NCBI GenBank assembly: GCA_963818905.1
Contig: CAWFUE010000084.1
Coordinates: 9,254 to 73,253 of the forward strand
Direction of reading: 5' to 3'
Source: an uncultured Acidobacteriaceae bacterium
Lineage (GTDB): Bacteria; Acidobacteriota; Terriglobia; Terriglobales; Acidobacteriaceae
Length of the DNA: 64,000 nt
This document shows positions 26,641 to 34,900 of the stretch, one piece after another. The notes under the pieces are model-generated. The model saw only the letters and a program-made list of their open reading frames with translations. It was not told the origin of the DNA and ran no database searches. A program made the translations under genes and the position numbers. The stretch's first letter is position 1. The number at the start of each line of letters is the position of its first letter.

Positions 26641-27241
26641 TTGTATCAGGGCACGACTTCAGTCGTGCCGTAACGGCGCCCAAGAAGAGTCAGGGCTTTA
26701 GCCCCTGTACGATGTCAAAACCGATCCGCAGCGCTGACGTTGCCGAAATCCTGAGTTCTTCCCGCACATTCTTCGTAAGTACAAAGACCGGCATGGGACG
26801 GCGTTTGCTGCAATCCGAACGCAATGCAACGCTGCTCATCGATGTTCTGCGAACGAACGCAATAGCAAAGAAATTCGCAGTTCACGATTTCGTGATCATG
26901 CCTGACCATCTGCACCTGCTTGTTACTGTCGGCTCTGATATGACGATCGAGCGCGCGATGCAGCTCATCAAGGGCGGATTTTCGTATCGGCTCAAGAAAG
27001 AATTCGGCTACGCGGGCGAAGTATGGCAGCGGGGATTTTCAGAAGTCCGGGTCGATAACCACGAGAGCTTTTTGCAACATCGCGAGTACATCGCGCAGAA
27101 TCCTGTGAAGGCAGGATTAGCGAACTCGGCATAGGAATTTCCATATTGTTATTCTTATCTGGTTCGGCAAAAGGCAGCAGGGGCTAAAGCCCACGCTCAA
27201 ACAGCAGCTTGCGGCACGACTGAAGTCGTGCCCTGATACAA
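26641..27241 (+). mobile_element. RAYT unit: REP-associated tyrosine transposase gene flanked by mirror-image two-hairpin REP modules
   Basis: The left arm (26641-26707) is TTGTATCAG-GGCACGAC TTCA GTCGTGCC ... CAGGGCTTTAGCCCCTG. The right arm (27178-27241) is its reverse complement: CAGGGGCTAAAGCCC ... GGCACGAC TGAA GTCGTGCC-CTGATACAA. Confidence 0.8.
26712..27134 (+). CDS. REP-associated tyrosine transposase (RAYT; IS200/IS605-like Y1 HUH transposase)
   Basis: HUH motif in FVIMPDHLHLLV. Catalytic-Tyr helix HREYIAQNPVKAGL. Conserved WQRGF. Size (140 aa) and the flanking REP hairpins fit RAYTs. Confidence 0.8.
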   Translation: MSKPIRSADVAEILSSSRTFFVSTKTGMGRRLLQSERNATLLIDVLRTNAIAKKFAVHDFVIMPDHLHLLVTVGSDMTIERAMQLIKGGFSYRLKKEFGYAGEVWQRGFSEVRVDNHESFLQHREYIAQNPVKAGLANSA

Positions 27242-27250
27242 GGCTTGATT

Positions 27251-27570
27251 GGAGCACGACTAAAGGCCGTGCCCTTATACGAGGCTGATTGATACAAATC
27301 TTGCTTGCGGCACGAGTAAACGTGGGGCTTTGTAGTGCTCTTGATGAAGAGCGCTCCAGAACAGGCTCAGCGAGGGCCGGTGACGCTACAAACCGCGTAC
27401 GGTTGATTGGATTTCTGATGATGTATTGTGAGTTTTGTATCAGGGCACGACTTCAGTCGTGCCGCATCGTGCCTGAAAAACATTCGGGCTTTAGCCCGGC
27501 GGCACTGTCGCCGGCTAAAGCCGGCTTAAAATTCTTGATTTGCATGCTGGACGCGGACCTGAAGGTCCGC
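27251..27570 (+). repeat. REP-element pile-up (intact and degenerate copies of several hairpin types)
   Basis: Degenerate copies at about 27251-27285 (GCACGAC TAAAGG CCGTGCC CTTATACGA) and about 27307-27335. One intact copy, TTGTATCAGGGCACGACTTCAGTCGTGCC, at 27435-27463. Further hairpins are CGGGCTTTAGCCCG (27485-27498), GCCGGCTAAAGCCGGC (27510-27525) and GCGGACCTGAAGGTCCGC (27553-27570). Confidence 0.75.
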
Positions 27571-27625
27571 TCTACCCGATCTCGCCCATCGCCGAAAAAT
27601 CTGCAATGATAAATCTACACCTGTC

Positions 27626-29563
27626 ATGATCCAGCTCTCTTCAGCCGGGAAAAGATTCGGTCCAAAACTTCTCTTCGAAAATCTGGATTGGCTCATCACG
27701 CCGGACGCTCGCGTCGGTCTGGTGGGCGCGAACGGTACCGGCAAATCAACGTTGCTGAAAATTCTGGGCGGGCTGGAGTCGCTCGACTACGGCAGCATCG
27801 TCTCCGCCAAGAACACGACGTTCGGCTACCTTCCCCAAGATGGCCTGCAGCTTTCCGGACGCACCGTATTTGACGAGTGCATGTCCGTCTTCTCCAACCT
27901 CCAAGCCCTGGAGCAGGAGATGGAAGATCTCGCGCACAAGATGGGCGAGCTGGATCACACCTCGAGCGAATACGCGCAGGTGGCGGACCGCTACGAGCGC
28001 ATCTCAGGTGAGTTTCGGGTGAAGGACGGATACGCGCTCGACTCGCAGGTTGGGACCGTGCTCGACGGGCTCGGTTTTCGCAAGGAAGATTGGACGCGCT
28101 GCACCGAAGAATTTTCCGGCGGCTGGCAGATGCGGATTGCTCTGGGAAAATTGCTGCTCGCAAAGCCGAACCTGTTGTTGCTCGACGAGCCGACCAATCA
28201 TCTCGATCTGGAGACACGGAACTGGCTGGAGCAATATCTGCTCGAGTATCCGTTCGCGTATGTGCTCATCTCGCACGATCGGTATTTCCTCGACGTGACC
28301 GTCGATCGCATCATCGAGATCTGGAACAAGGGCGTTCACTTCTACAGTGGCAACTACGAAAAATATCTGGCGCAGAAGCAGGAGCGCCGCGATTCGCTGG
28401 TGGCCGCTTACAAGAACCAGCGCGAGCGGATCGAGCAACTGGAAGCGTTCATCAATCGCTTTCGGTATCAGGCGACGAAGGCGAAGCAGGTGCAGAGCCG
28501 AATCAAGGAATTGGAGAAGATCGAGCGCATCGAAATTCCACCGGACGAGAGGACGATTCACTTCACCTTCCCGCAGCCGAATCCCAGTGGGCGACTGGTA
28601 GTCGAGTGCACCGATGTCGCCAAGAGCTACGGCGAGAAAGAAGTTTTTCGCGAGGTGACCTTCACCATTCAACGCGGAGATCGCATTGCGCTCGTGGGCG
28701 TAAATGGGGCGGGGAAGTCGACGCTGATTAAGCTGCTGACCGGAATTGAGCCGCTGACCGAAGGGACGCTGCAACTCGGCCACAACGTCGAGCCGGATTA
28801 TTTTGCCCAGGACCAGTACAAGGAACTCGACCCGGCGCGGCGCATGCTCGACGATTTGTCGGATGTGGCGCCGCAGAAGTCGATTACGGAATTGCGCGGG
28901 GTGCTGGGGTGCTTCCTGTTCTCTGAGGACGATGTGTTCAAGCCGATCGGCGTGCTCTCCGGAGGCGAGCGCAATCGCTACGCACTGGCACGAATGCTGC
29001 TGCATCCATCGAACTTCCTTCTGCTGGATGAGCCGACGAACCATCTCGACATGCGCGCGAAAGATGTGCTGCTGGAGTCGCTGGAGAAATACAACGGCAC
29101 GGTGGTGTTCGTCTCGCATGATCGCTATTTCATCGACAAGCTGGCGACGCGCGTGTTTGAGATCGGCGGTGGACGCGTCGAAGTGTTCCCGGGAAACTAC
29201 GAAGACTATTTGTGGCGCAAGCAGCGCGAGGAGTCCGGTGAAAATGAGGCGGAGCAGACGGCTTGGGCTCCCACATTGTCGGATGTGCCGGGATATCAGG
29301 AGCGAAAGGCGCAATCGCAAACGAAAAAACGAATCAATCCCATCAAGCTGAAACAGATGCAGGAGCGGCATCAGCAGGTGGAGCAGGGAATTGCGCGGCT
29401 GGAACATGGCATCGCCGAATGCGAGCGCGAGCTGCAGTCGTTCGTCAGCGCGGAAGAGACGGCGAAGTGGACGGAATTGCTCGCCACCCGGCGCGGTGAA
29501 TTGGAAGCGCTGATGGGCGAGTGGGAAAGTTTGTCGCAAGAGCTGGAAGCCGCGAAAGTGTAA
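27626..29563 (+). CDS. ABC-F family ATPase (two ABC domains, no TM domain; Uup/EttA-like)
   Basis: Two Walker A motifs (GANGTGKST, GVNGAGKST), two signature motifs (FSGGWQMR, LSGGERNR), two Walker B motifs (LLLLDEPTNHLD, FLLLDEPTNHLD) and a C-terminal coiled-coil extension. Confidence 0.9.
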   Translation: MIQLSSAGKRFGPKLLFENLDWLITPDARVGLVGANGTGKSTLLKILGGLESLDYGSIVSAKNTTFGYLPQDGLQLSGRTVFDECMSVFSNLQALEQEMEDLAHKMGELDHTSSEYAQVADRYERISGEFRVKDGYALDSQVGTVLDGLGFRKEDWTRCTEEFSGGWQMRIALGKLLLAKPNLLLLDEPTNHLDLETRNWLEQYLLEYPFAYVLISHDRYFLDVTVDRIIEIWNKGVHFYSGNYEKYLAQKQERRDSLVAAYKNQRERIEQLEAFINRFRYQATKAKQVQSRIKELEKIERIEIPPDERTIHFTFPQPNPSGRLVVECTDVAKSYGEKEVFREVTFTIQRGDRIALVGVNGAGKSTLIKLLTGIEPLTEGTLQLGHNVEPDYFAQDQYKELDPARRMLDDLSDVAPQKSITELRGVLGCFLFSEDDVFKPIGVLSGGERNRYALARMLLHPSNFLLLDEPTNHLDMRAKDVLLESLEKYNGTVVFVSHDRYFIDKLATRVFEIGGGRVEVFPGNYEDYLWRKQREESGENEAEQTAWAPTLSDVPGYQERKAQSQTKKRINPIKLKQMQERHQQVEQGIARLEHGIAECERELQSFVSAEETAKWTELLATRRGELEALMGEWESLSQELEAAKV

Positions 29564-29585
29564 GGCGGGGGACTGGGGTGGAGGG

Positions 29586-29612
29586 AATCGTGGATCGTAG
29601 ATCGCGAATGGA
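29586..29612 (+). repeat. Solo copy of the GTGGATCG-type repeat arm seen around the four-helix-bundle gene
   Basis: AATCGTGGATCGTAGATCGCGAATGG resembles ATCGTGGATCGTGGATCGTTCGTCGTGAATGG at 33384-33415. Confidence 0.5.
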
Positions 29613-29742
29613 GTTCGCCGATGCGCGTTACGTGAACGGTGCGGCCCATCAAGCTAGTACAAGATTCGGTTACTGGGGACGGGCTTTAGTTACGCCACTT
29701 ACATGGTGCATACAAGTCATTTATATACAACGGCTTACAGGG

Positions 29743-29767
29743 TAAAAACTGTTCCACGTGGAACAGT
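29743..29767 (-). terminator. Rho-independent terminator of the M28 peptidase gene
   Basis: Perfect 20-nt palindrome ACTGTTCCACGTGGAACAGT (29748-29767), 11 nt past the minus-strand stop. On the minus strand it is followed by TTTTT. Confidence 0.65.
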
Positions 29768-29778
29768 CTAGAAACTGG

Positions 29779-30765
29779 CTATGGTTTGCCTCCGGCCGCC
29801 CACTTCGGCACGAAATCGCTGTTGGCCAGCCAGGTGATGGGCGCGATCATCGACGCAACCGCCCGGTCGAGATGCTGCCAATCCACTTTGTCGAGGGTGT
29901 CGGTCGGCTGGTGATAATCCTTGTGCAATCCGTAGCTGGAGACGGTTTGCGCGATGATGCCATCCTTGGCGAGAGCGTAGTTGTCGGAGCGGATGAAGAA
30001 GTTTTGCTCCGAATGGGGATCGCCGACGAGTTGCGCGCCATGGGCAGCCAGCTCCGGACCAAGATCGCTGCGCTGCCATCCGGTTAACCAAAGTTGATCA
30101 GGCTTGATCTTGGAATCTGACCGGCCAATCATCTCGAACTCCAGATTGGCGACGATGCTATGCAAATCGAAGCTCGGATGTTTCAGAAAGTATCGAGCAC
30201 CGAGCAGGCCTTTCTCTTCGCTTCCCCAAAGCGCAAACACCACCGTCCGCGCAGGTCGAGGCTCTTTTGCCAGAGCCCGTGCCAACTCCATGACAGCGAC
30301 TGTGCCGGAGGCATCGTCATCAGCGCCGGGATAGGTCTTGCCGTTCTTCACTCCAAGATGATCGAGATGGGCGCTGAGCAGGATGATCTGCTGCTTCTCG
30401 GTCGTGCCCTCGATTTTCGCAAGAACGTTCCAGGTGTGCAAGATCTGACCTGCAGGCGACTTGATGTTTGCGGTCTGAATGTACTCCCCATTGATGGCGG
30501 CTGGAGCGACACCGTAGTCTTTCAACTTTCGCGCGATGTATTGTGCGGCATGAAACTCGTCGATGGTTCCACTGCCGCGACCGTGCATTGCCGGGCCAGC
30601 GAGGTAATCGAGATTATCGCGGATGCAAGCGATGCAAACTGCGGCGGAACTGGAACTGGTTTGTTGCGCAGACAGTCCTGCTGAGAGAGCAGCAATCAGC
30701 AAGAACAGGGGCAGAAACATCCGCTTCATGCGAAGTAACTTCAAGCCATTTGTGAATTCAGCCAT
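29779..30765 (-). CDS. M28-family metallopeptidase (aminopeptidase-like), secreted
   Basis: Signal peptide MFLPLFLLIAALSAGLSAQ. M28 zinc-ligand blocks are present: LSAHLDHLG, GADDDASGTVAVMELAR, FALWGSEEKGLLGARYF, NLEFEMIG. ATG 30729 is an alternative start. Confidence 0.8.
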   Translation of the reverse strand: MAEFTNGLKLLRMKRMFLPLFLLIAALSAGLSAQQTSSSSAAVCIACIRDNLDYLAGPAMHGRGSGTIDEFHAAQYIARKLKDYGVAPAAINGEYIQTANIKSPAGQILHTWNVLAKIEGTTEKQQIILLSAHLDHLGVKNGKTYPGADDDASGTVAVMELARALAKEPRPARTVVFALWGSEEKGLLGARYFLKHPSFDLHSIVANLEFEMIGRSDSKIKPDQLWLTGWQRSDLGPELAAHGAQLVGDPHSEQNFFIRSDNYALAKDGIIAQTVSSYGLHKDYHQPTDTLDKVDWQHLDRAVASMIAPITWLANSDFVPKWAAGGKP

Positions 30766-30775
30766 CCGAGATCAA

Positions 30776-31699
30776 TCAGATTTTGATCCAGCCCGAGCGT
30801 ATTGCCAGCAGGCTGCATACGGCCACGACGATCCATAGCAGAATACCTTGCAGCAAAGGACGGGGACCGACCTTGCGCAGCGCCGCCGGCGACAGACTTG
30901 CGCCGATCAGAAACAGCGTGACGATCAGCATCAACTTGCCGGCGCTACTCAACAAGTGATAAGCGTGCGCTCCGGGGAAGAAATAAGTGTTGGCCACGGC
31001 CGCGAGGCAGAAGAACAGAATGAACCACGGCCATTGAATGCGGCTCTTGCCGCCCTTGACCACTGCCGTCCCCACCGATACCGGGACAATCCAAAGCGCA
31101 CGCGCGAGCTTCACGGTGGTTCCGACGACAAGCGCCACCGCGCCATACTTCGCGGCTGCTCCAACCACCGAACTGGTGTCGTGGATCGCCAGTGCTGCCC
31201 AAAGTCCAAACTGACTCTGCGACAGCTTCAACCAAAGTCCGATCGCGGGAAATGTCAGCAAGGCAACCGAGTTCAGCACGAAAACAGTCCCCAGCGAGAC
31301 CGACATCTCGTCCTCAGTCGCGCCGGTGATTGGCCCAACAGCGGCGATCGCGCTGCCGCCACAAATCGCAGTGCCCGTCGAGATCAGAAACGCAGAGCGG
31401 GGATGCACTTCCATCAGCTTACCCAGCAGCATGCCCAGAGCCATGGCAAACGTGATGCTTATCGCCGTATAAAGAAAGCCGCTCTTGCCCGCCTTCAGAA
31501 CTTCCTGCAGATTCATGCCGAAGCCCAACCCCACCACGGCAGCCTGCAACAGCAGTTTCGATGCTCGGCGCGATTGTCCGGGATAGGGATGCAAGGCGAT
31601 AGTGCCGAAGAGAAGTCCCGCCAGCAATGCCAGCGGTGGCGAGGCCCAGGGTGTGAGGCAGAAGATAAATCCGACAACAAACAGCAGCTTTGATTTCAT
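30776..31699 (-). CDS. YeiH/UPF0324-family putative sulfate exporter-type membrane protein
   Basis: Polytopic membrane protein with blocks typical of the family (LLLGKLMEVHP, TAICGGSAIAAVGP, DTSSVVGAA). ATG 31699 is used; GTG 31717 is an alternative start. Confidence 0.65.
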   Translation of the reverse strand: MKSKLLFVVGFIFCLTPWASPPLALLAGLLFGTIALHPYPGQSRRASKLLLQAAVVGLGFGMNLQEVLKAGKSGFLYTAISITFAMALGMLLGKLMEVHPRSAFLISTGTAICGGSAIAAVGPITGATEDEMSVSLGTVFVLNSVALLTFPAIGLWLKLSQSQFGLWAALAIHDTSSVVGAAAKYGAVALVVGTTVKLARALWIVPVSVGTAVVKGGKSRIQWPWFILFFCLAAVANTYFFPGAHAYHLLSSAGKLMLIVTLFLIGASLSPAALRKVGPRPLLQGILLWIVVAVCSLLAIRSGWIKI

Positions 31700-32057
31700 T
31701 AGACGAAGGGTGACCACCTGCGCATTGTGTAGGATCGCCTACCAAAGCTCGTGCCATTTCAAATGCAGGGCGCACATAAAATGGGCCCAATGCCAAGGAG
31801 CGGTGACGATTTCCTTGGCTCCGGGCCCATTCGATCCTGAAATGGATCGGAGGTGATACTTTTATGTTACGCCCAGATGTCGAAAAGTCAAGAATAAAGC
31901 AGGAATAATGAGGGTTTCGTTCACAACGTCTCCATGCTCGGATTATGTCACAAGCATCTGAAAACATTGGGGAGGCCGCGTTAACACATTGCTGACATGG
32001 AAATTTATTCTCACCGTTACGGCGACATTCCCGCCGTCGGACGGAGGGGGCGAATAG

Positions 32058-33377
32058 ATGTTCAAACGGCTACCCCGGCAGATCGTTCTGATCGTCCTTT
32101 TTCTTTTTACGCTGACGCTTCTCGCCATCGCTCAGCAGTCTCCGGCGCCCACCTCTAGCGCCCTATCTGCAACTTCGCGTCCCCTCTTGCAGTATTCATT
32201 GCCGCCCGAGAAACTGGCAAAAGCCCACGCACTCTACTTGAGCGACGGCGTCCTCTATTTCGTTTCTACGCTTTGGAGCTTCCTGATTCTTTGGTTGATG
32301 TTGCGTACGCGATTCGGGGTCCGCCTGCGCGATTGGGCCGAGCGCGCTTCTCGCTTTCGCTTCGTGCAAGCCGTAATTGTGGTGTCGCTGTTTGTGCTTG
32401 TCGCCGACCTGACGCAGCTGCCATTCGATCTTTACGGACATCACCTCGGTCTGCAATATGGTCTCTCAGTGCAGCACTGGGGATCATGGTTCGGCGACTG
32501 GGGCAAGAGTTCGCTGCTCGGCATCATCTTCTCCAGTCTTCTCGGCTCGCTTCTCTACCGTGTTCTGCGTCGCAGCCCGCAGCGCTGGTGGTTCTATTTC
32601 TGGCTGGCGTTGATTCCCATCGTTATTTTCGTGCTCTTCATTGAGCCCGTGTGGATCGAGCCGATCTTCGAAAAGTTTGAGCCGCTCAGCGAGCACCACG
32701 CCGAACTCGTCGCGCAGATCGAGCGCGTCGTCCACCGTGCCGGCATGGAAATTCCGCCGCGACGCATGTTCGAGATGAAGGCCAGCGAGAAGCGCACCAC
32801 CCTTAACGCATACGTCACCGGCTTTGGCGCAACCAAGCGCGTCGTGGTCTGGGATACGACCATGCAGCGCATGACCACGCCTGAGATACTCTTCGTCTTT
32901 GGACACGAGATGGGACATTATGTCCTTGACCACATTCCGAAAGAGGTCGCGATCGATCTGTTGCTGTTGCTGGCTCTGTTCTACGTGGGATACCGGCTGG
33001 CAAACTGGTCGATCGCGCGCTATGGTGAGGCCTGGGGAATTCACGGTCTCGCCGATTGGGCTTCGCTTCCGCTACTGCTCTTGATTTTGTCGGTCCTGGC
33101 CTTCTTTGCCATGCCGGCTTTCAATGCGGTCTCGCGACACTACGAACATCAGGCCGATCAGTATGGGTTGGAAGTGATTCACGGATTGGTTCCCGATGCG
33201 TCGCTGCAGGCGGCAAAGGCATTTCAGATTCTGGGCGAAGTCTCGCTCGATTATCCCTACGTCAACAAGTTCTGGGAATTCTGGGCCTGGAGTCATCCCA
33301 CTATCCGCGACCGCATGATCTTCGTGCAGACCTACAATCCCTGGGCCGAAGGCAAGCCACCGGAATTCGTGAAGTAG
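32058..33377 (+). CDS. M48-family (Ste24/HtpX-like) zinc metalloprotease, membrane-bound
   Basis: GGAGGGGG SD before the start. Several TM helices, then the HExxH motif FVFGHEMGHYVLDH and a downstream YEHQADQYG glutamate motif. Confidence 0.85.
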   Translation: MFKRLPRQIVLIVLFLFTLTLLAIAQQSPAPTSSALSATSRPLLQYSLPPEKLAKAHALYLSDGVLYFVSTLWSFLILWLMLRTRFGVRLRDWAERASRFRFVQAVIVVSLFVLVADLTQLPFDLYGHHLGLQYGLSVQHWGSWFGDWGKSSLLGIIFSSLLGSLLYRVLRRSPQRWWFYFWLALIPIVIFVLFIEPVWIEPIFEKFEPLSEHHAELVAQIERVVHRAGMEIPPRRMFEMKASEKRTTLNAYVTGFGATKRVVVWDTTMQRMTTPEILFVFGHEMGHYVLDHIPKEVAIDLLLLLALFYVGYRLANWSIARYGEAWGIHGLADWASLPLLLLILSVLAFFAMPAFNAVSRHYEHQADQYGLEVIHGLVPDASLQAAKAFQILGEVSLDYPYVNKFWEFWAWSHPTIRDRMIFVQTYNPWAEGKPPEFVK

Positions 33378-33383
33378 TCGTTT

Positions 33384-33403
33384 ATCGTGGATCGTGGATC
33401 GTT
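33384..33403 (+). repeat. Left arm of a perfect 20-bp inverted repeat enclosing the four-helix-bundle gene
   Basis: ATCGTGGATCGTGGATCGTT is the exact reverse complement of 33868-33887. It is embedded in a wider GTGGATCG/GTGAATGG-rich block (33378-33443). Confidence 0.85.
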
Positions 33404-33477
33404 CGTCGTGAATGGTGGGTCGTTTATCCTGGATCGTGGGAGGGACACAATGAGAGCATTCGGCGCCCACGAGAGGA

Positions 33478-33868
33478 ATGATGCAGAGCTATAAAGAGCT
33501 ACTGGTGTGGCAGGCCTCAGTGGAGCTGGTCGCGGAGGTTTATCGCTTAACACGATTCTTTCCAGGGGAAGAGATATACGGACTTACCAGCCACCTTCGG
33601 CGTTCCGCTGTCTCCGTGCCAAGCAACATTGCCGAGGGCCAGGGGCGAGCGACGAGGGGAGAGTTTGTCCAGTTTCTCTGCAACGCGGGGATCGTTATTT
33701 GAGCTCGAGACGCAATTACGCATTGCTGCAGAACTAGGATATTTGGATCTCGACCGTAAGCGAGGGATCGATCAACAGTTGACCCGAGTCGCACAACTGC
33801 TCAATGCGCTGATTACGTCTTTGCGACCATCGGCTGGCAAACGATCCAAGCTTCACGATTCACCATAA
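33478..33868 (+). pseudogene. Four-helix-bundle protein (23S rRNA intervening-sequence protein family), disrupted by a +1 frameshift in a G4 run
   Basis: Frame 1 (33478-33702) gives YKELLVWQASVELVAEVYRLTRFFPGEEIYGLTSHLRRSAVSVPSNIAEGQGRATRGEFVQFLCNA and then stops. Frame 2 (to 33868) continues with the family-typical GSLFELETQLRIAAELGYL. Removing one G from GGGG at 33687-33690 restores a single ORF of about 129 aa. Confidence 0.8.
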
Positions 33869-33887
33869 ACGATCCACGATCCACGAT
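33868..33887 (+). repeat. Right arm of the 20-bp inverted repeat
   Basis: AACGATCCACGATCCACGAT overlaps the stop codon of the four-helix-bundle reading frame. It lies within a wider CCACGAT-rich block (33841-33920). Confidence 0.85.
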
Positions 33888-33991
33888 TCACGACCCACGA
33901 TCCACCGTTCAACCCTCACAATCTGCCGTGATCTCGCTCACTGCGGCTTTGTTCATAAGGTCCATACTGGACTTATTCGAGGTGTGACATT

Positions 33992-34744
33992 ATGCCGACC
34001 ATCACTCCACCCCCTGTCGAGAACGAACCCAAGCTGCAACTGGTTACTCCGCCGTCCCCCGAGCCGGAGCTTTTCTCCGCCGAAATTGCGATGGAGAAAA
34101 GGTCTTACAATTTCATCCCCTTATTGCTCGCCGCCGCATTGATCGTTTTGGTTGTAGGCTTCATCTACTATTTCGTGAGCAGCGCGAGGGAGGTGCTGTC
34201 CGTCTCTCAGGCCACGACGCTTGTGACCGATATTCTGGAGCAACAAGGCCCGGCCACGACTCGCTTCAGCACTGGGACGGTTGATCCCGCCAACGGCCAG
34301 CAGGATCCTCAATACAAGCTCCTCTCGAAAGCCGGAGTTCTCATTGCGAAACCGAAGCCGAAAGACACGGTATTCCTCAACGTCGCTCTGACCGATCCTG
34401 GCGAGAACCTGCTTAGCAAGATTGACGGCGTAAAGAAGGTCAAGCGGCAGGACGGTGGCATTAACTACACCGTTCCCCTGGCCGAGCGCAAGCTGGTGTC
34501 CGTCGATAAGGTCACTTTGCTGAAGCCGCATCTCGCCAAAGTCGACTACACCTGGAAGTGGGTACCAAACCGGCTGGGACAGCAGTTTGATGCCTCCAGT
34601 GAGTTAGTCAAGAGCTTCAGTACCTGGGAGCGCTCGATCCTGATCAAGTCCAACGGTGTGGACTTCTATGCGGCCGAGCCGACGAAGACCAGCATCGTCC
34701 TGATGGAAACCGATCAAGGTATCTGGAGGCCGTACAGGGAGTAG
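33992..34744 (+). CDS. Hypothetical membrane-anchored protein (Pro-rich N-terminus, single TM helix)
   Basis: GAGGTG SD before the start. One TM segment (FIPLLLAAALIVLVVGFIYYFV). No recognised domain. Confidence 0.55.
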   Translation: MPTITPPPVENEPKLQLVTPPSPEPELFSAEIAMEKRSYNFIPLLLAAALIVLVVGFIYYFVSSAREVLSVSQATTLVTDILEQQGPATTRFSTGTVDPANGQQDPQYKLLSKAGVLIAKPKPKDTVFLNVALTDPGENLLSKIDGVKKVKRQDGGINYTVPLAERKLVSVDKVTLLKPHLAKVDYTWKWVPNRLGQQFDASSELVKSFSTWERSILIKSNGVDFYAAEPTKTSIVLMETDQGIWRPYRE

Positions 34745-34806
34745 TCGCGAGACACGAGGTAGCGCAAGCTGCTTTCTGCCCGGAAACTGTCACAGTTCGA
34801 AAACTT

Positions 34807-34840
34807 GGAGCGGCAATTCAATGATTGCCGCTCCTTCTTA
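34807..34840. terminator. Bidirectional intrinsic terminator between convergent genes
   Basis: Perfect 11-bp stem GGAGCGGCAAT-TCAATG-ATTGCCGCTCC. It is followed by TTCTT on the plus strand and preceded by AAAACTT, which gives a T-run on the minus strand. Confidence 0.7.
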
Positions 34841-34900
34841 CGATATCGGCACAAATTGTAAGGACGAGCGTTGTAGCTCGCGGCTGGTGGCTCGTAGCTC

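Noticed and set aside
28004-29539. 511-aa minus-strand ORF antisense to the ABC-F gene. Similar long antisense ORFs occur at 1790-2728, 16335-17120, 36982-38001, 39977-40816, 42305-43027, 44979-45710, 30848-31693 and 51170-51841.
   Set aside because: These are shadow ORFs typical of GC-rich DNA. They are Arg/Pro/Ala/Gly-rich with low-complexity translations and no recognisable motifs. Each lies fully inside a well-supported gene on the other strand.
33378-33443. Short tandem GTGGATCG repeats considered as a possible CRISPR array or minisatellite.
   Set aside because: The units are 8-mers without spacers, far too short and irregular for a CRISPR. They are better explained as arms of an inverted repeat around the four-helix-bundle gene. 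No CRISPR array or cas gene is present in the window.
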